Below are positions 51,807-60,450 of a stretch of 64,000 nucleotides of DNA, piece after piece. The stretch is from contig DAIOHD010000001.1 in the NCBI GenBank assembly GCA_036744835.1, positions 399,860-463,859 of the forward strand, in the 5' to 3' direction. The translations under genes and the position numbers were made by a program. Under the pieces are notes generated by a model. The model made no database searches. It was not told the DNA's origin and saw only the letters and a list, made by a program, of their open reading frames with translations. Every line of letters begins with the position of its first letter. The first letter of the stretch is position 1. This stretch comes from Candidatus Magasanikiibacteriota bacterium. GTDB lineage: Bacteria > Patescibacteriota > Patescibacteriia > Magasanikbacterales > GWA2-37-8.

Positions 51807-54734
51807 TTAAGCTCTAAAATCACAAATATCCTTGAAATCACAGTGTTCGCAAGTATATTTTTCCGGTTTGGGAGAAAAATCCAAAGCTTTGATTTTCTCT
51901 ATGATTTCTATGATTTTTGTTTTTATTTTATCCAATTCCTTTTCTCCCCCGATAAAAGTCAACTTACTCTGATCGGTTAAATAAAGATAAATCAAAGAAC
52001 TAACTTTTCCGATATTTTTAAATTCCGGCAATTCTTCCATTGCCAATTGATAAATAAGTAACTGATCTTTATCATCTGAATCAAGTTTTTCCTTAGGGTT
52101 GCCGGTTTTATAATCAATAATACACAAAGTACCGTCCGGAAGTTGTTCGATGCGATCGATTTTTCCGGAAAGCAGGTGCCCGCCGATTTTATACTTAAAA
52201 CTTTGTTCCAAGGCTAAAGGCAATGTCCAATTGTTTTCATTACTACGATAATAATCGCGTAGTATTTCTTTACCGCGCAAATAATAATCCTCTTTTTGTT
52301 TGGCGCTTTTATACCAATCATCGATAAAAGATTGTTCGTAAATTTCCAACAATTCTTCGAGAGTTGGTGTTTGTATTTTTTCTTTTAAAATAGAATTTTT
52401 TTGTGGTAAAGCAAACAGGTTTTCTTGTTTGACAGAATTTAATTCTCGCATTCGTTCATAAAATTTTTGTAAAGTATTATGTATACTTGAACCAAACGAT
52501 AATTGCGGACCGCCTTTGGTTTGTAATTTTAAAATATTACGCAATTTATATTGATAAGGGCAACTTTCATAAGAATTTATTTGCGAATAAGAAAAACTTT
52601 TTGGTAGTTCATACACAAACTCCCCCTGATCTTCAATTTTAATTGTTTTTGACGGTAGATTATTCTTTTTTTCTTTTTTTATAAATTTTTCCACTTTAAA
52701 ATTTAGTTCTTCTAAAAAACGACTGATTTTTTTATCTCGTATCCCACCATAATCCGTAGCAGAAGTAAAAAACAATTTTTCTTTGGCTCGAGTAGCACCG
52801 ACATAAAATAACCTTCTTTCTTCTTGAATATGAGAATCCCCTTCCGGAGGTTGTTCTTTTATTAATTCTGTCGGGATTTCTATCCCCTCGCTTTTACGTC
52901 GAGAAGGAAAACGATCGTCAACCAAATTAACCATAAAAACATATTTGAATTCCAAACCCTTGGACATGTGAACAGTCATAATGTTTACCGAATCCGGGGT
53001 TTCTGTTGGTTGTTTGAAAATCCCAATATCTCCGGCATCTAGCACATCGGAAAAATAAACAATAAAATCAGCCACTTTTGCACCAGGAATCATTTTTTCA
53101 TAATTTTCCACATAAGCAAAGTATTGGGTCAATTGATTAATCTGACGAATAATTTCCCGATTTCCTTTGTTTTCACCGTCAACTAGATATTTTAGATAAC
53201 CACTGTTTTCCAAAAAATTATAAAGTATTCTAGTTGGTTTTTCACCGCGTTGTTGTTTCATTCCTTCATGCAAAAATTCTAAAACTTTAAAAAATATTTT
53301 TTCTCCCTGCTCACTAAGCGCATATTCCTTACCACGCTTAAGAGCTTCATAATAAGATATGCTTTTGCGAGAAGCAAAAAATAACATTTTTTGCATGTCA
53401 TTTTCACTGATATTTAAAAATGGCAACCGAAGCAATCGATAAACGGCGGTATTTTCATGATAACCATGAATAGCTTTGAAAAAATTATAACAGTCCAAAA
53501 CTATTTCTTGACGAAATAATCCTCCACTACTCAAAAATTCATAGGGCACACCATGGTTTTCAAAAGAATTCATAAAAGGTTCAGCGTGGCTATTGGCACG
53601 CACCAAAACAGCAAAATCATCCCAAGAAACATTTTCTTCTTTTTCTTTTATTTTTTTTATTTCTTCCGTAACAAATTTTATTTCTTCATCCAAAGTATGA
53701 AAATGGTTATGAATAACTTCGCCTTTCTTGATATCTCCTTTAGAAACTAATTTTTTATCGATTTGTAATTTTTTTTCCAAACGGTCGGGATTATTATTAA
53801 TAATACTTTTATAAGCAGTGTCCAATATGTTTTGTCCACTACGATAATTTTCAGTTAATATTACCTCCGCACAATCGGAAAAATCTTGTTTAAAACGTAA
53901 AATATTGGAAACATTGGCTCCGCGAAAAGCATAGATACTCTGATCATCATCTCCAACCACGGTTAATTGAGCACCGCCTTCAGTCAAAAGTTTAACCAAT
54001 TCGTATTGTGCATAATTTACATCTTGAAATTCATCAACCAAAATATATTTAAAACGTTCGTGAAACTTTCTTAAAATATTTTTTCTTTTTTTAAAGAGTT
54101 GCACACTATAATAAAGTAAGTCTCCAAAATCTAAAGCATTATTATCCACTAACAGCTGATTATAGACATGGTAGGCATCGGCGATTTCCGTTAAACGATT
54201 TTTTTCATCAAGATTTTCTTTGTCTAATTTTAGATTTTGCGCATAATCCAAATATTCTTGCGCGGAAATCAATTCATCCTTACATTTACTAAAGTGTTTG
54301 AGCATCTCATGAATATGGCGCACCGGATTACCCAAAGGTTTATAATAATCCAACTGAAATTTATCCAAATTTTTTTTCATGAGCAACCAAGCATCGGTTT
54401 GTGTTACAATTTTAAATTGATTTGATAAACCAATATCTAAACCGAAATTTTCCAAAATTCTTTGCGCAAACGCATGAAAAGTGGAAATTTGCATATCCGT
54501 ATAACCGATAGACAATATTTCATCCATTCTCTCTTGCATTTCAGCGGCCGCTTTTTCATTGAAAGTCAAAGCTAAAATTTCTTCTGGTTTGGCTAAATTA
54601 TTTTCCAACAAATAAGCAATTTTTTGCGTAATAACTGTAGTTTTACCGGTCCCTGCACCAGCTACGATCATCAACGGTCCGCCAGTGTATTCCACTGCGG
54701 TTTTTTGCGCTTTATTTAAAGTATTTTTCGACAT
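51807..54734 (-). CDS. UvrD/PcrA-type SF1 helicase fused to C-terminal PD-(D/E)XK (RecB/Cas4-like) nuclease domain
   Basis: N-terminal AGAGTGKTTVI (Walker A) with UvrD motifs. C-terminal ...ESCPYQYKL...IDRIEQLPDGTLCIIDYKTGN...QLLIYQLA...CEHCDFKDIC (nuclease plus Cys cluster). Confidence 0.85.
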   Translation of the reverse strand: MSKNTLNKAQKTAVEYTGGPLMIVAGAGTGKTTVITQKIAYLLENNLAKPEEILALTFNEKAAAEMQERMDEILSIGYTDMQISTFHAFAQRILENFGLDIGLSNQFKIVTQTDAWLLMKKNLDKFQLDYYKPLGNPVRHIHEMLKHFSKCKDELISAQEYLDYAQNLKLDKENLDEKNRLTEIADAYHVYNQLLVDNNALDFGDLLYYSVQLFKKRKNILRKFHERFKYILVDEFQDVNYAQYELVKLLTEGGAQLTVVGDDDQSIYAFRGANVSNILRFKQDFSDCAEVILTENYRSGQNILDTAYKSIINNNPDRLEKKLQIDKKLVSKGDIKKGEVIHNHFHTLDEEIKFVTEEIKKIKEKEENVSWDDFAVLVRANSHAEPFMNSFENHGVPYEFLSSGGLFRQEIVLDCYNFFKAIHGYHENTAVYRLLRLPFLNISENDMQKMLFFASRKSISYYEALKRGKEYALSEQGEKIFFKVLEFLHEGMKQQRGEKPTRILYNFLENSGYLKYLVDGENKGNREIIRQINQLTQYFAYVENYEKMIPGAKVADFIVYFSDVLDAGDIGIFKQPTETPDSVNIMTVHMSKGLEFKYVFMVNLVDDRFPSRRKSEGIEIPTELIKEQPPEGDSHIQEERRLFYVGATRAKEKLFFTSATDYGGIRDKKISRFLEELNFKVEKFIKKEKKNNLPSKTIKIEDQGEFVYELPKSFSYSQINSYESCPYQYKLRNILKLQTKGGPQLSFGSSIHNTLQKFYERMRELNSVKQENLFALPQKNSILKEKIQTPTLEELLEIYEQSFIDDWYKSAKQKEDYYLRGKEILRDYYRSNENNWTLPLALEQSFKYKIGGHLLSGKIDRIEQLPDGTLCIIDYKTGNPKEKLDSDDKDQLLIYQLAMEELPEFKNIGKVSSLIYLYLTDQSKLTFIGGEKELDKIKTKIIEIIEKIKALDFSPKPEKYTCEHCDFKDICDFRA

Positions 54735-54804
54735 AAATAGTTATTTTTAGTGTCTTTATCATAACTCAAAAAAACAAAAAAGACAACTCTTGGGTTTCGG
54801 GTTA

Positions 54805-54837
54805 AAAAACAAATAAAAAACCCCGGGAGTCCCGGGG
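54805..54837 (-). terminator. intrinsic terminator on minus strand (CCCCGGGACTCCCGGGG + T-run)
   Basis: GC hairpin at 54821-54837, preceded on the + strand by A15. Confidence 0.8.
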
Positions 54838-54843
54838 ATAAAG

Positions 54844-55005
54844 CTATTCCATTCCTATACTATCCAATGGTTCTTTGTGACCACATATATCACAGACATA
54901 TTCCTGATCTTTTATAGTCATCTTGATTAAGCAAGCTCGGCAAACAATGGTTTCTCTGGTTTCGTTCTTGGTATCCTCGATTTTTTTTTCAGTAATCCCA
55001 TCCAT
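54844..55005 (-). CDS. hypothetical 53-aa zinc-ribbon protein (CxxC...CxxC)
   Basis: MDGITEKKIEDTKNETRETIVCRACLIKMTIKDQEYVCDICGHKEPLDSIGME with SD AGGAGG. The ORF-track version starts at an upstream Met. Confidence 0.5.
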   Translation of the reverse strand: MDGITEKKIEDTKNETRETIVCRACLIKMTIKDQEYVCDICGHKEPLDSIGME

Positions 55006-55183
55006 ATTTTTCCTCCTTTCTTTTTCTTTTCGAGTTGATAAAAAGATACAAATGATAAAAGTACGGCGCAACTACCATGGTTATTTTAACCAAAATAAAA
55101 AAGATAATAATTGCCAGTACTCCAAAAATTTTTCCCAGCATTCTCCAAAAAAAACCGATTAACCTTTCAAACTTTTTACGCAT
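54989..55183 (-). CDS. hypothetical 64-aa membrane protein
   Basis: ORF from the track. SD GGAGAAGGGGGG. One TM helix. Its end overlaps the start of the zinc-ribbon gene. Confidence 0.4.
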   Translation of the reverse strand: MRKKFERLIGFFWRMLGKIFGVLAIIIFFILVKITMVVAPYFYHLYLFINSKRKRKEEKYGWDY

Positions 55184-55320
55184 TCCCCCCTTCTCCTTTT
55201 AAAATAATTGACAATCTTTTCAATTCCTTTTACCAAAAAAAATACGATAAACGCCGAAACAATGATACATATCGCCATAAAAATTCCCAAAAAAACCAAA
55301 ATCTCCAAAATAATTTTCAT
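55159..55320 (-). CDS. hypothetical 53-aa membrane protein (not in track)
   Basis: MKIILEILVFLGIFMAICIIVSAFIVFFLVKGIEKIVNYFKRRRGECVKSLKG with SD GGAGGG 5 nt upstream. Promoter TTGACA-17-TAATAT on the minus strand at about 55385-55415. Confidence 0.3.
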   Translation of the reverse strand: MKIILEILVFLGIFMAICIIVSAFIVFFLVKGIEKIVNYFKRRRGECVKSLKG

Positions 55321-55458
55321 GATACCCTCCGTTTGTTTTTAAAAGAACAAAATATTCTATATAACGCTTTATATTAATATATTTTTTCAATTTTGTCAAG
55401 CTAAGAGATAAAATTAAAAAGTCCCTCATTTTTATAAGGGACAAAGTTTTTTTGGAGA

Positions 55459-55614
55459 TTATCCTCTATCTCCTTTAAAGAACCAAAAAACTTCAGCGCT
55501 GCCACGGAAAATAAATGTGACAATCGTTAGTGCGATCAATACTAGTGTGAGTATCCCTACCAGAAATGCACTTAAAACATGCTCTTCAAAAAAATACTTT
55601 AGTCTACCTGACAT
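55459..55614 (-). CDS. hypothetical 51-aa membrane protein (not in track)
   Basis: MSGRLKYFFEEHVLSAFLVGILTLVLIALTIVTFIFRGSAEVFWFFKGDRG with SD GAGAGG. Minus-strand promoter TTGACA-17-TAAACT at about 55640-55670. Confidence 0.3.
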   Translation of the reverse strand: MSGRLKYFFEEHVLSAFLVGILTLVLIALTIVTFIFRGSAEVFWFFKGDRG

Positions 55615-55751
55615 TTTTTACCTCTCTTAAATAATTTGTTTTATTATCTTAAGTTTATTTTATTTTCAGATTTTGTCAAATAAAAAAGAAAGGCGGTCCT
55701 CCTTGACAGAACAATGTGAAAACATTATCCCAGGAAAAACCGCCTAAAAAG

Positions 55752-55985
55752 CTACCCCGCTGCATGTTGAAGATTCGCCTCCTTAAATTCAGAGATTTGT
55801 TTTACAGAAAACTGCATACTGCAATCTCTGCATTGGTAGCCACACCTGATAGAAAAGATCGGCTTGATCAGCATGACCAGTCCTTTGTGAGTTTGGTGTG
55901 AAAGTTCACTCAGGACGATGTTGGCACGGCATTGTTCCAAGGGCCCGCCGCACAAAGGGCACCTTTTTGTGTTTTCCGGTTTCAT
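55752..55985 (-). CDS. YgiT/MqsA-type zinc-finger small protein, GC-rich gene
   Basis: MKPENTKRCPLCGGPLEQ...SIRCGYQCRDCSMQF follows the CPxCGG...x30...C..C..C pattern of the YgiT-type zinc finger. SD GGAGGT 4 nt upstream. About 50% GC. Confidence 0.55.
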   Translation of the reverse strand: MKPENTKRCPLCGGPLEQCRANIVLSELSHQTHKGLVMLIKPIFSIRCGYQCRDCSMQFSVKQISEFKEANLQHAAG

Positions 55986-56077
55986 TTTTACCTCCCCCGG
56001 AAGTTGATAAAGGGCCTCTTTTTAGCATCTCTTTATCTTAATTCTATTATAACAGCTCTGTTTAAAAAAGCCAATAT

Positions 56078-56106
56078 TGACAATACCTTTAAACCCTGCT
56101 AATATT
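56078..56106 (+). promoter_or_regulatory. sigma-70 promoter TTGACA-17-TAATAT for the structured RNA
   Basis: TTGACA at 56078-56083, a 17-nt spacer, and TAATAT at 56101-56106. Divergent from a minus-strand TTGGCT-17-TATAAT that serves the zinc-finger gene. Confidence 0.7.
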
Positions 56107-56111
56107 TTTTA

Positions 56112-56447
56112 GTTGTTCTTTAGAAGCCCGCGCAGCCAGCGGGATTACCTGTCCGGAACGGTAATGGGAATGCCGAGATTTCCAAGATCCTAGGCTCCTT
56201 GGAAGACATTAGCCTCCCCTAGCAAAGACGGATTGGCAAATGTCATGGCTGTATCTTCAGCTGTCGTCCGTGGCCGCTATAAATGCCGGAGCAAAAACCT
56301 CCTGAAAAATCTCAGGGTTTGGCCTGGGTGAGCTCCGAATGGATTACCTGCAGGCAAAAGTCAGGGTAAGTGCAATCTGCGCTTATAAAAATCCAGGTCG
56401 AATTCCCCTGTCTCGGGGGTCTGGCTAGGCTAAAGAACAATTTCCAG
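56112..56447 (+). ncRNA. unclassified GC-rich structured RNA of about 335 nt (13-bp terminal helix 1-13/320-332, 3' tail UCCA)
   Basis: About 52% GC in a roughly 30% GC genome, with no ORF of 60 aa or more in any frame. 5' AGUUGUUCUUUAG pairs with 3' CUAAAGAACAAUU. Seven internal hairpins. Flanked by a consensus promoter and an intrinsic terminator. Confidence 0.55.
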
Positions 56448-56481
56448 GCGCGTCACGCCATCCAGTGCGCGCCTTTTTTAT
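56448..56481 (+). terminator. intrinsic terminator (GGCGCG-N15-CGCGCC + T6)
   Basis: 6-bp GC stem and a U-tract immediately after the RNA 3' end. Confidence 0.8.
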
Positions 56482-56553
56482 TTATTTTTTTATCTTGCAA
56501 TTAGCCGGTAAACTGTTGTATACTAAAGAAGTATTTTAAAAATAAAAATTTTT

Positions 56554-57951
56554 ATGCAAAAAAATAATGTTTTAGTCAAACAAATTTGGGCAGACCCGAA
56601 AAAATATTTAGATAAAGAAATTTCTTTGTCCGGTTGGGTACGCACTTCACGATCTTCCAAAACCTTTGCTTTTGTTGAATTCAACGACGGATCTTGCTAT
56701 AAAAACATTCAAGTGGTTTTTGATGATAAACTACCCAACTTTGCTGATTTAGAAAATATTTATACCGGTTCTTCTCTTGAAATTAAAGGTAAATTGGTCA
56801 AATCTCAAGGTGATAAACAACCTTTTGAAATTCAAGCTACTAAAATTGAAGTAGTCGGTGTTGCTGATTTGAGCAATCCTATTCAGACCAAACGTCATTC
56901 TTTTGAATTTTTACGTACCGTTCCTCATTTACGTCCGCGCACTAATACTTTTATGGCGACTTTCCGTGTGCGTTCCATTGTCGCTCAAGCTATTCATCGC
57001 TTTTTTGAAAATAAGGGTTTTGTTTATATCCATACTCCAATTTTGACTAGTAATGATGCCGAGGGTGCTGGTGAATTGTTTCAAGTCACTTCTCTTAATT
57101 TAGAAAAATTACCCCAAACTGCGGAGAAAAAAATTGATTATTCGGAAGAATTGCTTGGTAAAAAAGCATATCTCACGGTTTCTGGACAATTGGCGGTTGA
57201 ATCTATGTGTTTTGCTTACAGAAATGTCTATACTTTTGGTCCAACTTTTCGTGCAGAAAATAGCAACACTGCTCGTCATGCCAATGAATTTTGGATGATT
57301 GAACCGGAAATTGCTTTTGCAGATCTTTTTGCAGACATGGAATTGGCAGAAGAATTTATCAAATATCTTATCAACGACTTGTTTGAAAAAGCTCCTGATG
57401 AAATGAAATTTTTCAATGAATTTATTGAACCTGGTTTGATAGAAAAATTGCAAAACATCGTCAAAGAAGATTTTGCTCGTGTATCATACACTGAAGCGAT
57501 AGAAATTTTGAAAAAATCCAAAGTTAAATTTGAATATCCGGTTATTTGGGAGGATGGTTTACAAAGTGAACATGAGAAATATCTGGCTGAAACAGTTTAT
57601 AAAAAACCGGTGTTTGTTTATGACTACCCCAAGGAAATAAAAGCTTTTTACATGCGACTTAACGATGATAATAAAACCGTGGCCGCTACTGATCTGCTCG
57701 TGCCGGGAATTGGTGAAATTATTGGCGGATCACAACGTGAGGAACGCATGGATATTTTGATCCAAAAAATCAAAGATCATGGACTTAACCCGGATGATTA
57801 TTCTTGGTATTTAGATTCTCGTAAATATGGTACATTCCCTCACGCTGGATTTGGACTTGGGTTTGAACGCGCTATTATGTATTTTACAGGGATGAAAAAT
57901 ATCAGAGATGTGATTTCTTATCCAAGAACTCCAAATAACATAATATTCTAG
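56554..57951 (+). CDS. asnS: asparaginyl-tRNA synthetase
   Basis: OB domain plus class IIb core FRAENSNTARHANEFWMIEPEIAFADL and GGSQREER. Confidence 0.9.
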   Translation: MQKNNVLVKQIWADPKKYLDKEISLSGWVRTSRSSKTFAFVEFNDGSCYKNIQVVFDDKLPNFADLENIYTGSSLEIKGKLVKSQGDKQPFEIQATKIEVVGVADLSNPIQTKRHSFEFLRTVPHLRPRTNTFMATFRVRSIVAQAIHRFFENKGFVYIHTPILTSNDAEGAGELFQVTSLNLEKLPQTAEKKIDYSEELLGKKAYLTVSGQLAVESMCFAYRNVYTFGPTFRAENSNTARHANEFWMIEPEIAFADLFADMELAEEFIKYLINDLFEKAPDEMKFFNEFIEPGLIEKLQNIVKEDFARVSYTEAIEILKKSKVKFEYPVIWEDGLQSEHEKYLAETVYKKPVFVYDYPKEIKAFYMRLNDDNKTVAATDLLVPGIGEIIGGSQREERMDILIQKIKDHGLNPDDYSWYLDSRKYGTFPHAGFGLGFERAIMYFTGMKNIRDVISYPRTPNNIIF

Positions 57952-58061
57952 CAATAAAGAACAAAACCGCTTAAAAGGCGGTTTTGTTGTTGTAATTTTT
58001 TGCTAAATGTTTTATAATAATGTCGGTTATTTTAAGTTCTTTTTTTATAGGAGGATATAGG

Positions 58062-58409
58062 ATGTCTAAGAGAAAGCCTCGATTAAAACTGTTGAGAATT
58101 TGGTGGGCTTTAAAACGGAAAAGAGAAAGAAGGATGGTTTTTTGTGCTTGGTGCCAGGAAAGAATAAAACCCGGCTCCGAAATTACCGCTTACTCGCTTT
58201 TTTATAAAGCAGAAACGGAAAAAATGAAAAACCGTAAAGGGGTTAGATATTTTTCTCTGTCTCCAAAAGAACCTCTTGTTTTTATCGGCTGTTGCAGAAA
58301 CGATTGCCCTTCAAACAAAGACGGTGTTTTTGTCTCTGGCAAACTCACGGTAGAAGGTAAGATTGAAATCAATCAAGAAATAGAACGAAGATATCTTATT
58401 CGTTACTAG
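58062..58409 (+). CDS. hypothetical small basic Cys-containing protein
   Basis: Start moved to ATG 58062 (MSKRKPRLK...) behind SD AGGAGG. Terminator AACCCGCG-TATAAAA-CGCGGGTT plus T6 at 58418-58446. Confidence 0.45.
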   Translation: MSKRKPRLKLLRIWWALKRKRERRMVFCAWCQERIKPGSEITAYSLFYKAETEKMKNRKGVRYFSLSPKEPLVFIGCCRNDCPSNKDGVFVSGKLTVEGKIEINQEIERRYLIRY

Positions 58410-58516
58410 CACATTTTAACCCGCGTATAAAACGCGGGTTTTTTATTGACAATTTTGCTTAAACATGCTAGTTTAATAAATAATTAGTTCATTTCATTTT
58501 TTATAAGGAGAAAAAA

Positions 58517-58723
58517 ATGAGTAAAAAAAACAAAGTAGTGAAAGCCACTGTTGAAGTAATTTTGGTAGAAACCGACTTCAAACCTATCACTTTTGAAGGA
58601 GCACCTTTTGTAAAAGGCTGGGAATCAACACTTCCTCCTGAAAAGAAAATAAGAAAAACTCGTAAAAAAGAAAAAAGTATTTTCGAGTTAATTTACAAAA
58701 AAACCAGAGATATAGTTCTCTGA
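58517..58723 (+). CDS. hypothetical 68-aa protein
   Basis: SD AAGGAGA. Terminator CCCTGCA..TGCAGGG plus T6 at 58729-58756. Confidence 0.4.
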   Translation: MSKKNKVVKATVEVILVETDFKPITFEGAPFVKGWESTLPPEKKIRKTRKKEKSIFELIYKKTRDIVL

Positions 58724-58788
58724 TACTACCCCTGCAGAATAATGCAGGGTTTTTTATTAACAAAAGTTATAATAAATATATTATTTTA

Positions 58789-58814
58789 AACACTTCACCC
58801 TAGGTTGGGGTGTT
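58789..58814. repeat. palindromic AACACTTCACCC-TAGG-TTGGGGTGTT element, family copy 2 (reverse orientation of 1516-1541)
   Basis: 24 of 26 nt identical to the reverse complement of copy 1. Confidence 0.7.
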
Positions 58815-58888
58815 TAAAATAGCTACTATAAGCCAAAATTAAAAAAGGCCGTTTTTAACAGTCTTTTTTAATTGAACACTTTTTGTAT

Positions 58889-59146
58889 TCACCCTGTGAA
58901 ATAAGATTTGAGCCTATTTCTTATAAATAATTTACCTTTGTAAGATTTTAAGTATTTTTCCCTACAGGTTGCATCTTGCTGGTTTAAGCAAGCTTCATAA
59001 TAGATCAGTTTAAAAGGTTTTCTAAGCTTGGTGGATTCTACCAGTCCTTTATTATGTTGCTCAAATCTTGATTTTAAATTTTTTGTATAACCGGTATAAA
59101 ATTTATTGTCTTTTTCAGATAAAAGTACATAAGTATAGTAGAACAT
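58889..59146 (-). CDS. GIY-YIG nuclease family protein (UPF0213-like)
   Basis: MFYYTYVLLSEKDNKFYTGYTKNLKSRFEQHNKG... is the GIY-YIG core. Start at the second Met behind SD AGGAGG. Confidence 0.75.
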   Translation of the reverse strand: MFYYTYVLLSEKDNKFYTGYTKNLKSRFEQHNKGLVESTKLRKPFKLIYYEACLNQQDATCREKYLKSYKGKLFIRNRLKSYFTG

Positions 59147-59182
59147 ATTTCCTCCTTTAAAATTTAAAATCATTTCACAGGG

Positions 59183-59554
59183 TTAACTTTTCCATAACCC
59201 ATGCAAATTGCAATAAGCTCTGGTAAACCCTAGTTCAGTGATGTTAAATCTGACTTCTGGCTTATCTCCTGGTTTGAGATATTTTCTATCTACTTTGGTT
59301 TCTGTCACATATTCAATCCATTCAATATAATGTGATTCTTCCATCGGATGTTCTACAGCACCGATTTTTATCAACACTCCGGTCTCATCGCGCTCTATCA
59401 CTGGAACATGTTTTTCCAAACTGGCATCCACTGTGTTTTCCGTTTGTAATATCATCGGTTTACCACAACAGACTAGTTGTCCGACTCCGGTGTGTACCAT
59501 TTCTACTATATTTCCGCAAACCTCACATTTGTATATTTCATTGATTTTAGTCAT
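59183..59554 (-). CDS. dfx: desulfoferrodoxin (superoxide reductase)
   Basis: N-terminal desulforedoxin CEVCGN...CCG and C-terminal neelaredoxin HxxxxH...C..H domain. Confidence 0.9.
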   Translation of the reverse strand: MTKINEIYKCEVCGNIVEMVHTGVGQLVCCGKPMILQTENTVDASLEKHVPVIERDETGVLIKIGAVEHPMEESHYIEWIEYVTETKVDRKYLKPGDKPEVRFNITELGFTRAYCNLHGLWKS

Positions 59555-59587
59555 AAACTATTTTTTAAATAAATTTAAAAAATGAAA

Positions 59588-59696
59588 ATCCCAATGTCCA
59601 AATCCCAATTCCCAATCAATGCCCAATGCTCAAATACCTAAATAATTTTAAAGCTCAGGGTTTAATTGGACATTGGTCATTGGAGTTTGGTCATTT
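59588..59696. repeat. (CCAAT-N)n / (ATTGG-N)n inverted repeat pair between rbr and dfx
   Basis: CCCAATGTCCAAATCCCAATTCCCAATCAATGCCCAATG ... AATTGGACATTGGTCATTGGAGTTTGGTCATTT. Confidence 0.8.
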
Positions 59697-59745
59697 AAAA
59701 ACCTTGAATTATTTTTTTAGAATTTAACAATTTTGAATTTTGTAT

Positions 59746-60270
59746 TTAATAAGTCTCTATAAAGATTTCAAAGTACCCTTGTGGATGAGAACAAGCCGGG
59801 CATTTTTCCGGAGCTTCGTCCCCTTCGTGAATATAACCGCAATTATTACATTTCCAACTTTTAACTTCCGGTCTTTTGAATACTTCGCCTTTTTCCAAGT
59901 TTTCCAATAATTTTTTATAACGCATAGCGTGTTTTTCCTCTACTTCACCAACTTCAGTAAACATTTTGGCGATTTCTTCTTCTCCTTCTTCCATAGCTTC
60001 TTTGGCCATGCGTGGATACATGTCATTGGTTTCATAAAGTTCACCCGCAATAGCATCTTTGAGGTTTTGTGGTAAATCATTGATCATACCAAGAGCTTTT
60101 GCCCAAAGTTTGGCGTGCTCTTTTTCGTTTCCCGCAGTTTCTTCAAAGATATTGGCAATTTGTACAAACCCTGCTTTACGCGCTACAGATGAATAATAAG
60201 TATATTTATTGCGAGCAGCACTTTCCCCCGCAAAAGCTTCCTCTAAATTTTTCTTTGTTTTAGGACCCAT
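59746..60270 (-). CDS. rbr: rubrerythrin
   Basis: Ferritin-like diiron domain (E..H motifs) plus C-terminal rubredoxin-like CNNCGY...CPAC. Confidence 0.9.
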   Translation of the reverse strand: MGPKTKKNLEEAFAGESAARNKYTYYSSVARKAGFVQIANIFEETAGNEKEHAKLWAKALGMINDLPQNLKDAIAGELYETNDMYPRMAKEAMEEGEEEIAKMFTEVGEVEEKHAMRYKKLLENLEKGEVFKRPEVKSWKCNNCGYIHEGDEAPEKCPACSHPQGYFEIFIETY

Positions 60271-60351
60271 ACAAAAATAAATTAAACTATAAATTAATAA
60301 ATTTGTTTTAAAATAATTTTAACTTCTTATGTTTTTTTGATAGTCTGTTAA

Positions 60352-60450
60352 ATCCCAATTACCAATTCCCAATGACCAAAACCATATACATATTTTGAGT
60401 TTTAAATATTTTGACATTGGTCATTCATTGGGCATTGGACATTGGGGTTT
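60352..60450. repeat. (CCAAT-N)n / (ATTGG-N)n inverted repeat pair upstream of rbr
   Basis: CCCAATTACCAATTCCCAATGACCAAAACC ... GACATTGGTCATTCATTGGGCATTGGACATTGGGGTTTGGTCATTT. Confidence 0.8.

Noticed and set aside
55220-55444. 74-aa minus-strand ORF from the track.
   Set aside because: No SD. An alternative-frame 53-aa ORF (55159-55320) with GGAGGG at the ideal spacing and a TM helix fits the promoter and terminator layout better.
56112-56447. The structured RNA considered as tmRNA (ssrA), RNase P RNA or a T-box leader of asnS.
   Set aside because: tmRNA: no reading frame ends in a hydrophobic-AA tag plus stop, and no UUCGAAU T-loop is adjacent to the acceptor. RNase P: no GGAAAGUCC (P4 5') or ACAGAR (J2/4) elements. 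T-box: no AGGGUGGNACCGCG sequence, and asnS has its own promoter. Left as an unclassified RNA.
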